Assembly (NCBI GenBank): GCA_002269645.1
Contig: NIVC01001680.1
Span: forward strand, 62,001 to 126,000
Source of the DNA: Macrostomum lignano
Lineage: Eukaryota
Direction of reading: 5' to 3'
DNA: 64,000 nucleotides
Part shown: piece by piece, positions 23,425-34,550 of the stretch
Layout: each line of letters starts with the position of its first letter
Position numbering within the stretch: the stretch's first letter is position 1
Made by a program: the position numbers and the translations under genes
The notes under the pieces: model-generated
What the model saw: the letters and a program-made list of their open reading frames with translations, nothing else
What the model was told of the DNA's origin: nothing
Databases searched by the model: none

Positions 23425-25584
23425 ATGATAACAAAGCAGTATTTAATACTGCTGGCCTGCGCTACAGTTCTTTTAATTACTGTGGCGTCTATAATGTGGC
23501 CCAACAAGTTGACCGCTTCAAAGTCGGCATCAGAGTTTCTGCCAACTCTGAGCGATGCCGACATGATCAAAAACTGTCCTCCATTCAATGAGCTCCGCAA
23601 CTTCGACTTCACGAACCACAGCCTGCGGCACCGGCTGTGTCAGGAGACGCTGGCCTACCAGTTAGTCAGGGGCAAGTTTCCCCTGTGCGAGCTGAACAGG
23701 AACTTACCGCAGCAGCTGTACACCATTGTCAGACAAGGGTCTCTTGTGGTCAGTGTGACCCGAGCGATGGGCGGCGGCCGAATGCCGATATTCACCTTCG
23801 GCAAGGAGGACATGATTTCCGCGCATATGCTAAAAAACGGCGCGTGGGAAATTGACTTTATTCGGAAGATGATCAACCTGTTACAGAAGCTTCCGAAAAA
23901 CTCTGCGACGTTCCTCGATATCGGCAGCAACCTTGGCATCTACAGCCTGCAGGCCAGAGAGCTCGGGTATCCCGTGGTGGCCATCGATGCAAACATTCGC
24001 ACACTGGTCAGGCTGCAGATGTCAGCGAAGCAGCTGAACTTGCTTGACGACAAGCTGAGGCTCTTCTGGGGCTTCATCAGTGACGACGTGGCGGTCAAGC
24101 GAATCAGCTGGGACGCTGACGGCATGAATTGCAATGTTGGAGGCGGCTCGGGCGGATTGTCTGACTGGAAACGGCAGGTTACGAAGTCAATCGAGGACAC
24201 GATTCCCGTGACCACTGTCAAAGCGGACGAGCTTCGAGCGCACATCGGCACCAAGAATGTGGTCGTCAAGATGGACATCGAGTCCGGTGAGCACCTGTTC
24301 ATGAAGACTGGTGAGAAGCTGTTTAGAGAGCTCAACTGAAGAGTTTATCGGGTGGTGATCAGTCACTCGAAAACTCCCACTTCCAGACCTCAGGCCTGGG
24401 AACAGAATTCAGTAATAACTTACTGATGCGGGCTCCTCTTCTTTGTCGGGCAGGTGTTCGGAGCTCGTTTCTTCGAATCTTCTTCCTCTGGAGTAGTCTG
24501 CTTGAATTCTAAAAATCGGCCGAATAAGAGAGCTTAATAACTTAGTCTGTCGACGTCAATGTATTCCTCGAGTGCAGAAACCAATATATTCCTTGAGTTC
24601 AGAAATCAATATATTCCTCGAGTGCAGAAATCAGAGATGCACCCTAATAACAAAGTCAACTCTAAAACAATGACGAGGGCCTCCAGAAAGGGCATCTTCT
24701 TTTAGAAATAACGGAATCGGAGTGGTGTGCTCCTTTTGGTTACTCTAGGGTACCAAAATCAATCAATCAGTAATCGACTAAGAGTATCGGAATCGGTCCG
24801 CAGATCCTATCCAATCCTTTAGGAATATGGAGGCCTCAAATTCAATAACTCAGTAGAATTCGACTGATCAGTAACGGCCGGCAATGACACAGCTCTCAAT
24901 AATTCAATAAAGAAGATTCAAATAACAAAGACTCTAACAAAGGCTTACCAATTGGTGTTTGTCTCTCTCAGAGATATAGTTTTACTTGGTAGCTCTGGCT
25001 AAGCGCAAGATTTCTTAAGGCTGCTCCGAGTCTGAGGTTTCAGCTCGGATTTTTCGCTTCTATTTATACACGATTTCATTCGAACTTGAGCTTCAAAGCG
25101 GTTTTATTGATAAGAATCAAAAGATGGACTTTGTCTCTTGAACGGTGGGGTTTTACATAGAAAAGGTGAAGCTTGGGTCGCATTTAAATTGAGATTTACC
25201 ATGTAGGTTTAAAACCAGTTTTTTCGGACCATGTGATTGTCACTCGTTGTTTACATGATATTGCAGGTATAACTAAAAATAGAGTATGACGCATGCTAAT
25301 TTTTAAATGGTATTCATGTTTTTATCTTACTACTTTTAGTAATCTGCTAAGCTTGGAGATCTCTACACAACATCATGGCGCTGCAGATGGAGTTCTGGCG
25401 GAAGCTCGGTCAGCGACCGCAATTGTCCAAACATTACGAGTTTGTGACGCACTTCATGACCTCGAGGAACTTCTCTCTGCTGTCCATGGGTAGCTTCCAA
25501 GTGCAGAACATCGCTACATTCAACGAGTGGGACGGACTGTGGGTCAGAAACGACTTTGTGGCTCAGGTTGCTAGGAAAGGCTGA
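23425..25584 (+). pseudogene. FkbM-family methyltransferase copy 2, interrupted by a solo LTR (coding parts 23425-24336 and 25372-25584)
   Basis: Near-identical to copies 1 and 3. The reading frame stops at a TGA formed by the first three bases of the insertion and resumes as ATC ATG GCG CTG CAG… after it. Confidence 0.85.
24337..25367. mobile_element. Solo LTR (1031 bp), probably Ty3/Gypsy-type
   Basis: TG…CA termini with short inverted ends (TGAAGAG / CTCTACA). 4-bp TSD CAAC at 24333-24336 and 25368-25371; copies 1 and 3 have a single CAAC. TATAAATA on the minus strand near 25061-25068. No ORF. Confidence 0.8.
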
Positions 25585-26950
25585 TGCAATTTTGAGTGCT
25601 TGGAGCTCGCTGGATCTCACTTTCTCACGTTATAAACAAGTCAAATGGGCACCTTTTAAAGGCGAGAATCGGGTTTTGAGCCAGTAGAATTCTCATACAA
25701 AATGATCTGCACTGTAAGTTTCATTGTACTTTTAACAAAATTTTAATCGACTAATTATTTAGAACAAATCGCTTCATGTGATGGATTAGACCATGCATCT
25801 CGGATTGAGACTTGCCTGTAAAAGCATAATTTAATGTGGCTATGAGTCCATGTCGATACACAAAGCTTGAACTTTGTCAGTTTACAGGCCGATTCCTGGG
25901 TTCGTACGTGTCGGATCTGATGCAGCCTCTATTGCTCCAATTCTTGTTCTTCATGCTAGGCGCCCAGTGATATGTAGGCAGCTGCAAGTTTCCCGCTTGG
26001 ACAGCTGTTTCCAGACGTTTAACAGACGGATCAACTCATCCGGGCATTCTTCCAACTCCATTTTCCAAACTGCGTCCTCACTTTCAACTGCAGTTCAGTT
26101 ACTCGTATTGTATTTTCATTTCGTGTCCTCCCATGCTGTTATAGTTTAAATTTAAAGTATATCTCAAAGGAGTACTTTTAATTGCTGGAGGGAAAGCTTT
26201 TAACGTGGATGAAAGCGTGGTCAAAGTTTCAATCGCCTATCGCTTTTCGTTCTAGCTACAGCGTGCAGTAAGTTTGTGTCTTAACTATTTGTACACCTGC
26301 TTTGTTGTTTTTTAATCTGCTCAAGCAAATTTTTGGGTGATCACTTTACTTCTTTTGCTTTCGTCAAATAATGCGTGCTCGTGACCAGCCTGTTTTCCTC
26401 TTATCGGTGAGTGCAGTATGCGAATAAATATAAGATTTATCTCTGCATATATTTGCGTTTCTGTCATCGTTTCTGCGCAGCTTTTTTATGAAGCCATTCT
26501 AACTGTAAACTCCTCCGCCTGTTGATCGTCTCAACAGCTTGGCTTGACTTTGTTTTTGCCTCCAGAGATTGTTAATGAGGTCACTCTGGTTAAATTAAGT
26601 GACAATTCGGCTCGTAGCCCGAATGCAGAACATGCAGCTTGTGCCAAGCCTTCAGGCACAGGCGAGTATGCGGAATAAAAAGGCTGTGGAATGAGGGATG
26701 TTAGATGAAGGGATTTGATATGAGGGGTGTGGGATGAGGGAATGTGAGGTGACGGGTTGAGGGATGAGGGGATGTGAGATGAGGAAATGTGGGATGAAGG
26801 GATGTGGGATGAGGGTTTGTGGGATGAGGGGATGTGAGATGAGAGGATGTGCGATGAGTGGATGTGAGATGAGGGTGTGGGATGAAGGGGTGTGATATAA
26901 GAGGATGTGAGTATAAGGGGATGAGTGGATGAGGGTTGTGCTTGTTTTAC
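25585..26950 (+). repeat. Duplicated module, copy C (3' flank of FkbM copy 2), internally deleted
   Basis: Shares the 3' flank with copy 1 (gagctcgctggat…cacgttataa…aatgggcac). 25980-26600 matches 14960-15600, and 26630-26700 matches 18090-18130. Confidence 0.7.
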
Positions 26951-28454
26951 GCGAAGAAGCCACTTAAGACTTGTTCATCCGCCATCAAACGAGCTATCAA
27001 ATCACACTACTAACGTACTAAACGATGGAAAGTAAAGTTCATGGGCTCCTCCACAGCAGAAGGCCTCTGACTAGTCAAAAGGCAGTAGGCGGCATTCGCT
27101 GCCCTTCGCCCCCCCACCCCGAATGCGGGTTCCTCTGCCTCGGATCGGCCTATTGTCCTGGAGCAGCCAGCCAGCTGCCTGGGCAGGCGGGTCCGTTCCA
27201 CTTCCCAGTCGGCCCTGCTCCAAGGGGTTGGGCCCAGCTGGGACTTCCTGTCCTCTTTGGGTGAGCTGGTGCGCCTGGGCGTCCCAGCGACCCCTTACCT
27301 TAAGTCGGCTGATTTTGGCAGTGCGGACCGCTTCAGCTGCACGACTCGGCGACCCGGGCAGATTTGGGCGCAGGACTCCGGCCTCCGTTCCGGCAGGTTC
27401 CGCATCCCGCACGCCCTGCTCTTTGCCCGTGGGAGCATCGGACTCCTAGGATCCGCAGCTTTGAAAGGCCCGACTTTGTGCGGGTAAAAAATGAGGCTGT
27501 TGTGCGGGTTACGCCGCATCCAGGCGTCGGACAGCCCCAGGATGGCTGTGAAGAAGGTTCCGTCGGCGAGCTTTCGGGTGTCGTACATCGTTAGGCTCGA
27601 GGCAGAGCTCTCGGTTGACTGCAAGCAGTCCGTTCGGGAGCTCTTTATGCGGAGGTGACGACGCTCCTGGCCAGAACCCAAATTCTATGCCTCTTGGTCC
27701 GGGGCGCTCATCTTCCCTGCAAAAAGCTAGACTGAGGTCTCAGCTCTGCTCGGGCAGCAGCTAAAGGAGCCGCCGTCCCGAGTAAGCACCACTGGGCCAA
27801 ATAAGAAGCCACGAGACCCTCGTCGCATTCAAGGGAATTTTTAGGCCTTTCAGAGAGTTCTCCAAGTGGTGGAACGCAGCGTTTATTTTTTTTCTGCAAG
27901 TTCCTCATTTATATAAGAGTACTAGGTTTGGCCACTACATGTATTTATAACAAATGTACTCATCATTTTCATATTCCTAATGTTTTGAGAATTAAACAAA
28001 ATTCGGAAAAAATTTAGCAATCGATTTTCTTAGAAACCCAACCCTCACCAATGTATGTTTTTCAAAAAGCTTGTTAGCATTGGTCTAAATCAAAACCAAA
28101 TGCGAAACGCGAATATGAATCGATCATAGTCTGATGACCATTCGACATTCTGCAGCCGACAGTCTGGAATTGCTCCAGTGTAAAAGGTATTACGCTCGTA
28201 ATACACTGTACGCTCGTGCATAATCTTTCACGCACCATCAAGTCTGCTGAAAAAATTCTCTCCAAGCCTTCCGAAGTCTACGAACTGCGTCATTTTTACC
28301 AAGCTAGGCAATCCGGGTGTGGTGCTTTATGGATCAGAGGATCTCTGCGCATATAAGCTGGGCAGGTCCGCACTGATACCAGCGCAAAAGGGAGCAAGAA
28401 TTTAAACTGTGACTCAGTGCAAGAACTTCTGTTTGCTTTATACTAGTCAATGCA

Positions 28455-29579
28455 ATGATAGCAAAGCAGTATTTAATACTTCTGGCCTGCGCTACAGTTC
28501 TTTTCATTGCGGTGGCGTCTCTATTGCGGTCCAGCAGTTTGACCACCTTAAAGACAGCTACAGAGTTGCTGCCAACACTGAGCGATGCCGAAGTGATCAA
28601 GAACTGTCCTCCGTACAACGAGCTCCGCAATGTCGACTTCACGAACCCCAGCTTGCGGCACCGGCTGTGTCAGGAGACGCTGGCCTACCAGTTAGTCAGG
28701 GGCAAGTTTCCCCTGTGCGAGCTGAACAGGAACTTACCGCAGCAGCTGTACACCATTGTCAGACAAGGGTCTCTTGTGGCCAATGTGACCCGAGCGATGG
28801 GCGGCCCTTTAATGCCGATATTCACCTTCGGCAAGGAGGACATGATTTCCGGGAAATTGTTAAAGAACGGCGCCTGGGAAATTGGCTCTATTCGGACGAT
28901 GATCAACCTGTTACAGAAGCTTTCGAAAAACTCTGCGACGTTCCTCGATATCGGCAGCAACCTTGGCATCTACAGCCTGCAGGCCAGAGAGCTCGGGTAT
29001 CCCGTGGTGGCCATCGATGCAAACATTCGCACACTGGTCAGGCTGCAGATGTCAGCGAAGCAGCTGAACTTGCTTGACGACAAGCTGAGGCTCTTCTGGG
29101 GCTTCATCAGTGACGACGTGGCGGTCAAGCGGATCAGCTGGGACGCTGACGGCATGAATTGCAATGTTGGAGGCGGCTCAGGCGGATTGGCTGACTGGAA
29201 ACGGCAGGTCAAGAAGTCAATCGAGGATACGATTCCCGTGACCACTGTCAAAGCGGACGAGCTTCGAGCGCACATCGGCACCAAGAATGTGGTCGTCAAG
29301 ATGGACATCGAGTCCGGTGAGCACCTGTTCATAAAGACTGGCGAGAAGCTGTTTAGAGAGCTCAACATCATGGCGCTGCAGATGGAGTTCTGGCGGAAAA
29401 AACTCAGTAACGGACCGCAATTGTCTAAGTATTACGAGTTTGTGACGCACTTCATGACCTCGAGGAACTTTTCTCTGCTGTCCATGAGCTTCCAAGTGCA
29501 GAACATCGCTACATTCAACGAGTGGGACGGACTGTGGGTCAGAAACGACTTTGTGGCTCAAGTTGCAAAGAAAGTTTGA
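28455..29579 (+). CDS. FkbM-family methyltransferase with N-terminal membrane anchor, copy 3 (374 aa, intronless)
   Basis: Intact ORF with FLDIGSNLG and VVKMDIESGE motifs and N-terminal YLILLACATVLFIAVASLL. Confidence 0.88.
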   Translation: MIAKQYLILLACATVLFIAVASLLRSSSLTTLKTATELLPTLSDAEVIKNCPPYNELRNVDFTNPSLRHRLCQETLAYQLVRGKFPLCELNRNLPQQLYTIVRQGSLVANVTRAMGGPLMPIFTFGKEDMISGKLLKNGAWEIGSIRTMINLLQKLSKNSATFLDIGSNLGIYSLQARELGYPVVAIDANIRTLVRLQMSAKQLNLLDDKLRLFWGFISDDVAVKRISWDADGMNCNVGGGSGGLADWKRQVKKSIEDTIPVTTVKADELRAHIGTKNVVVKMDIESGEHLFIKTGEKLFRELNIMALQMEFWRKKLSNGPQLSKYYEFVTHFMTSRNFSLLSMSFQVQNIATFNEWDGLWVRNDFVAQVAKKV

Positions 29580-30278
29580 ACATATTTTAAACGCGGGCGT
29601 TACGAGCTACCTAATTAGAAATTAACATGTCAAATAATTTCGATATTTTGTATTGTACGTTCCAATTTTATTCTTCTAATTTTTGTCGAATTGTCAAAAT
29701 GTCGATAATAGCTGGATGTGTCATGCAGTTGGGAGTGTAGTGGCTTATTATATTTCTTGCCTTGCGCAATTAAGGGAAACAATTGCAAAAGCCACCTACA
29801 GCTGGTACGTGGTTCCTAACCTCAGTAACAGCAAATGTCTGCACTCTTTTTACCAGACATTGCCAGATACATGTAGCTCTTAGGCGCTGATCGCTGCTGT
29901 CAACGGCAAGAGTGAACCTTCTTAGGGAATTTTTTCTCAAATTTAGCTAATTGTGCAAAGTCTCTAATGCGATTTTATAACAATGTCTAAAATATTTGTC
30001 TCGAGCGCCAGGGCTGGCGGAGTGATCATAATTAATTGCATAGCATTTCTCTCCTCGTTCACGCTGGTACAATGGTACTTTCACCACTAGTGCATGTTCT
30101 GACGATGTTGATGGAAAACTTGGTTTTTTGTGCCCTGCTGCCCGCATCGAATTCACAATACAACATTGTTACTTGTGTGGCTAATTTTAAATCTTAACTG
30201 TTCATAGTTTAATTTTTACATTTGATCAAAAATTATCATAAGTTCACTTGATTGGCTATATACGTGAGGTATTATATT

Positions 30279-31562
30279 CAGTGTTGGGCACTTCCGTTAC
30301 CGAGTAACTTGTAAATGGTAACGCAAGTTACTTTTTCGTAAAGCGTTCCTTACGCAAGTTACTTTCCTATTTTGGTAACGGAGTAACGGTAAGTTACTCA
30401 AATTTCGGAAGTCCGTTACAGTTACTTTGCAACAATCGCAATATTTAAATTTAAAACTGATATGCTTAGCTATTACTCTAGTTGTCACATTTTTAGCATT
30501 TTTCATTCCTAAATTCAAAACTAAGTGAATAATATCATACGGTATTACGCTGTAATTAATAAAGAAAAACTTGAAACATGTTTTTACTTTGTTATTTTCG
30601 GTAAAATATTTTTGCTTTTCGTTTTTAAGTTAATAAAAATATTTTGTTTAGTTCTTAGAAACAAAAAACCAAAGAAAGAAATTCATCTGTAGTCTCCACA
30701 AATCCACTCAGTGATCGACGTAGCCAGGAATTTTAATTGGGGGGGGGGGCGGGTTGGCCTGGCTGGCCATGCCTCATGCCATTGCCACTTTTAGCGCCGC
30801 AGGCACTCATTTTAGCGCCGCAGGCACTCATTTTAGCGCCGCAAGCACTCATTTAAGCGCCGCAGGCACTCATTTAAGCGCCGCAGGCACTCAATCGCCT
30901 CATGGTTTTTGGTACCCGCCACGCCCAACCCCACCCCCCCCCCCCCAGGTGGGGTGTCTTGCAGGTGGGGTGAAGTTGCCGCCCCAACGATTGTTAAGGC
31001 GGCCTCCCTGGCTACACCACTAAAGTCCACTGGCACTGCACTGCACTGCACAATAATTTAATATTAATGATAATAATTGAAAATAAATAAAAAGACTAGT
31101 AAAGCAGACTATAGAGTGGAGTAAAGCCAGGTACTTATTACGAGCGATGTATTATCAAGGACAACTGAAGTTACGTTAAGTTGTCCTTGTGTATTATAAC
31201 TTATAATGTTATTAAAAATTAAATTGCGTTTTGCCTTTAACGTTTCTGACCTTCAGCTTCTTTTCTTTTTACGGAAAGGGCCTAAAGTGATTAAAATTTA
31301 ATACAGTTACTGAAATTAATGTTGTTGTATTCTTCCTCCTGGCTTTCGCGATCATTTGTGCTGTTCCAGCGCATTTGCAATGTTAAAAAAGCAGAAAATT
31401 TTGTTAATAACATAGGTAACGGAAGTAAGTAACGGAAGTAACTTAAAAGTTACCGGGTTTTTGTATAAAGTTACTAGGCTAACGTAAGTTACTTTTTGAA
31501 AAAGTGGTAACTTGAGTTACAGTAACGCAAGTTACTTTTTTTGAGTAACTTGCCCAACACTG
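30279..31562. mobile_element. hAT-type MITE (1284 bp including a nested element)
   Basis: 12-bp TIR CAGTGTTGGGCA. Perfect 8-bp TSD ATTATATT at 30271-30278 and 31563-31570. Subterminal GTAAC/GTTAC repeats. Confidence 0.9.
30709..31022. mobile_element. Small nested MITE with an internal 21-bp tandem repeat
   Basis: Imperfect TIRs cagtg…gtagccagg / cctggctacaccacta. Flanking 9-mers aaatccact / aagtccact differ by 1 base. Confidence 0.55.
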
Positions 31563-34550
31563 ATTATATTGCTTTAAGCTTTTAATACTGGCTATATTCT
31601 TATAACGTTCTTAAAACACCTATCATAGCTTTCTGCTCAAGAAAATGCCAAATGCTTTCTTGGAGATAGTTCATCGTGCACAGCATTTGTAGCTTAGCTT
31701 GCTGCTGCTATTGAAATGTTGGTTTATAATTTCTTATTTGACATATCTACTGGTAATTCTTGGCGCTTCAGATCGCAGATAGATAATTGTAAATTCTGGT
31801 ACGTGCTACTGGCAGTGTGAATTTTTCGGTCGCATTTTACTTTTCTTAGTCTCCGTCATGGGACCACTTTAGAAAGAACCTGGTGAAGACTTCGCTTTAG
31901 CACACGAGAGAGGAGAGAGAGGAGATAGAGAAGAGAGAGAGAGAGAATTTAGACTTGTGTCTAAACCACAGACCAAGAAGTAAGACTAGACTGCACATGG
32001 AGTGTGCCTCTTTCCCAGTTATAAAAATGGCACCCAGCCAACCCCTCATCCTCGGTCGATAGTGGGTGAAGAATTTCACTTCCATTTCTAGCTGTGACGT
32101 TGCCAGTTTCAGTAGCCCCGCCAAGGGCCGTTTTTACATGCGGTACCATCTTTAATATTACCAGTTTCGTATTCTCACGTCTGCTTAAAGTAGTGCCCTA
32201 AGAATTTTAATCAACTGCGTACAACTGTAAACTCTGCGTACAGCGCGCGATCGATAATTTCTATTCCTGTTTTTCTCAGTCGGCCAATAGAAATGCACCG
32301 CATTAATTATACTAATTTCTCTCGCGCGCCACCCTGGGGCCCGGTCCTTATCAGTTCTGTCTGGCCGTGCGCTCGGGGTTTTTCACTCCTTCGCTTTGCC
32401 TTTTCACTTTCGCTCCTCCCGTCTGCCTCATTGCCTTTAGCTCCGCTCTGACTGCCTTTACTTGGTCACTTGCCTTCTCTCCGCCACGGTTCTAGCCACG
32501 CCTCTGCCACTTCCAGCCACGCCACTTCTACTTAAGCCGATTACTTTATTGTTGTGTAGCCGCCAGTGCATTGTTGTTAATCAAAGTACAAGACGTAACA
32601 ATAAATTAAGTATGCAGCCAGCGTTTGTATTAATGCTAATCCAAATTACTGCCAAGTGCTACCGCTACAATTCCGCCTCTGCCACACTCATTTGTCTTCG
32701 CTCGTTCGCGAGGCCGCCACGCCAATATCGTCACACTTAGCCACTCCCGCTCGTCTGCTTTCGGTTTCTACAGGGCATAGAGTGACAATCACAAATAAAA
32801 ATATGGTAATTAATTGTAGCCTCATCATTGCATCATTGCCTGTAAAAAAACTTGCGGAAATAAAAGACTGAGTTAAACTTACAAGGTAACCACTGAAATA
32901 GGCTAAACTACAGGTTAGAAAATATCGCCGCTTGTAGAAGCTTTTGCCTCTTCCATGATTTCCATGAGCAGCGCCATGATGCGAATCAAATGCAGTTTAT
33001 TGTGCCTGTGGGATTCAGTGCCAATGCTGGCAGTCGCGGAATGCATGTCGAGTTCGGGAAATGCATTAACTGACATGCGCAGCATCTGGACAACCGGTCA
33101 CATTGCTATGAAATTGTTTCGGCATGAAGCAGAACTCCCAATACATAGCTGCTTGGAAAAACCAATCCCCCCGTTCCGGCCTTCTTTATTCAGCACATTT
33201 TTCATGGTTACAAAGAGAGCAGGGCAACAGCGCGTAAAGCCGCTGACATTTCAGTGCTGCAATTGAGTGCTGATCGCTGCACGATGCGCATTCGATTAAT
33301 TTAAGCATATGCGTATGTAAATGTAACATGTAAAGTTCATATACATTTAAAGGTCAACAATTATTGGACGTTACGTTAGTGGTGTAATTTAAATTAACAA
33401 CAATGACCCTTTTACCTTAAATTGAATATGCATCCGTCATACGAACGTTCTTTTACCTTTATGTTATTTATCCCTCCAATAATACAAAAATATGTTGTAC
33501 ATGCATTGTGCATATGTACCATACATTGATTCTGATATAAAATGGGACAATTTAGAACAAAAAGTAACAAAAAAAGCAATTAAAACTACTTCGCGTTTGC
33601 AGAACAGATGAGAGGGTAAGTTCATGGACAAGTGAGTCCGGAACGTTTCAGTGGGGTGACAGTACTTCATTGGCCACGCCAATAAATTAGACTCCAATGA
33701 AGTCCTAACCATCTAGAAAGCCTATAGAGGTAGACATACATTTTTTTCTATTTAGGTCTGGATAGTTTACAATAGTTTTATTTATGCTAGTCTATCTCTT
33801 TGTACCATACTTTGTTTGTAATAGTGTCAGTCAGGAAGCTCATGGAGTTTTCACTCGTCGGTTAGAATAAAACAAATCACTATTTTAGCAACTCTAAAAT
33901 TTTCCGCGCTGTGTGTCTTAACAAAAAGGGCTATCTAGAGTACCGTTACTTAAATAAACTCGTCTTTTGTTGAACATATATTGAGAAAATATATAAAACC
34001 AATCAGAAAAGACAGACTGAGAATAATAAAATTTGTTGTGGTATATTTCTTGGGAAAAAAGCACACTTTTGATGATGCACTGGCGACTGGCCTATGTCAA
34101 GACCTGGAATTTTCGCTAAGTTCAGTCTACAAATTAAGCCTATATTGATAAGAAAATTCTACTTATACTGGTCATTTCCTGGCTGTACACACATTGGTCG
34201 CATTGATTTTGGAAATCGTTAGCTTTGATTATTGTTATTTAGCCTGTATTTCGGCTATTTTTAGGCTAGGTGCCTATTAACAAATAAATGGTTAACCTTT
34301 TTGACTTGAAATAATCAGTTATTTACATAAAGAATATTTGCTCCGTGCTGTCTGTGGTAGGCTTAGCCTCGACAGTAGAGACTACTTACTGTCTTGATTG
34401 TGTACTGTCAGAAAACTATTTATTTAAGTCACTTTCCTTTGAATTTGTAGGCCTGACTGCCCTGACTCTTTAATCATTACAAAGGTGTAGGCCCCTATTT
34501 ATTAGTTTGTCACATTATTTAGATACAAATTAAATTAAATAACCTTGAAA

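Noticed and set aside
5393-29579. FkbM genes as bacterial contamination or part of a polyketide cluster
   Set aside because: They are interleaved with eukaryotic LTR, LINE and MITE sequence, have N-terminal membrane anchors and TATA-like promoters, and have no operon or PKS neighbours.
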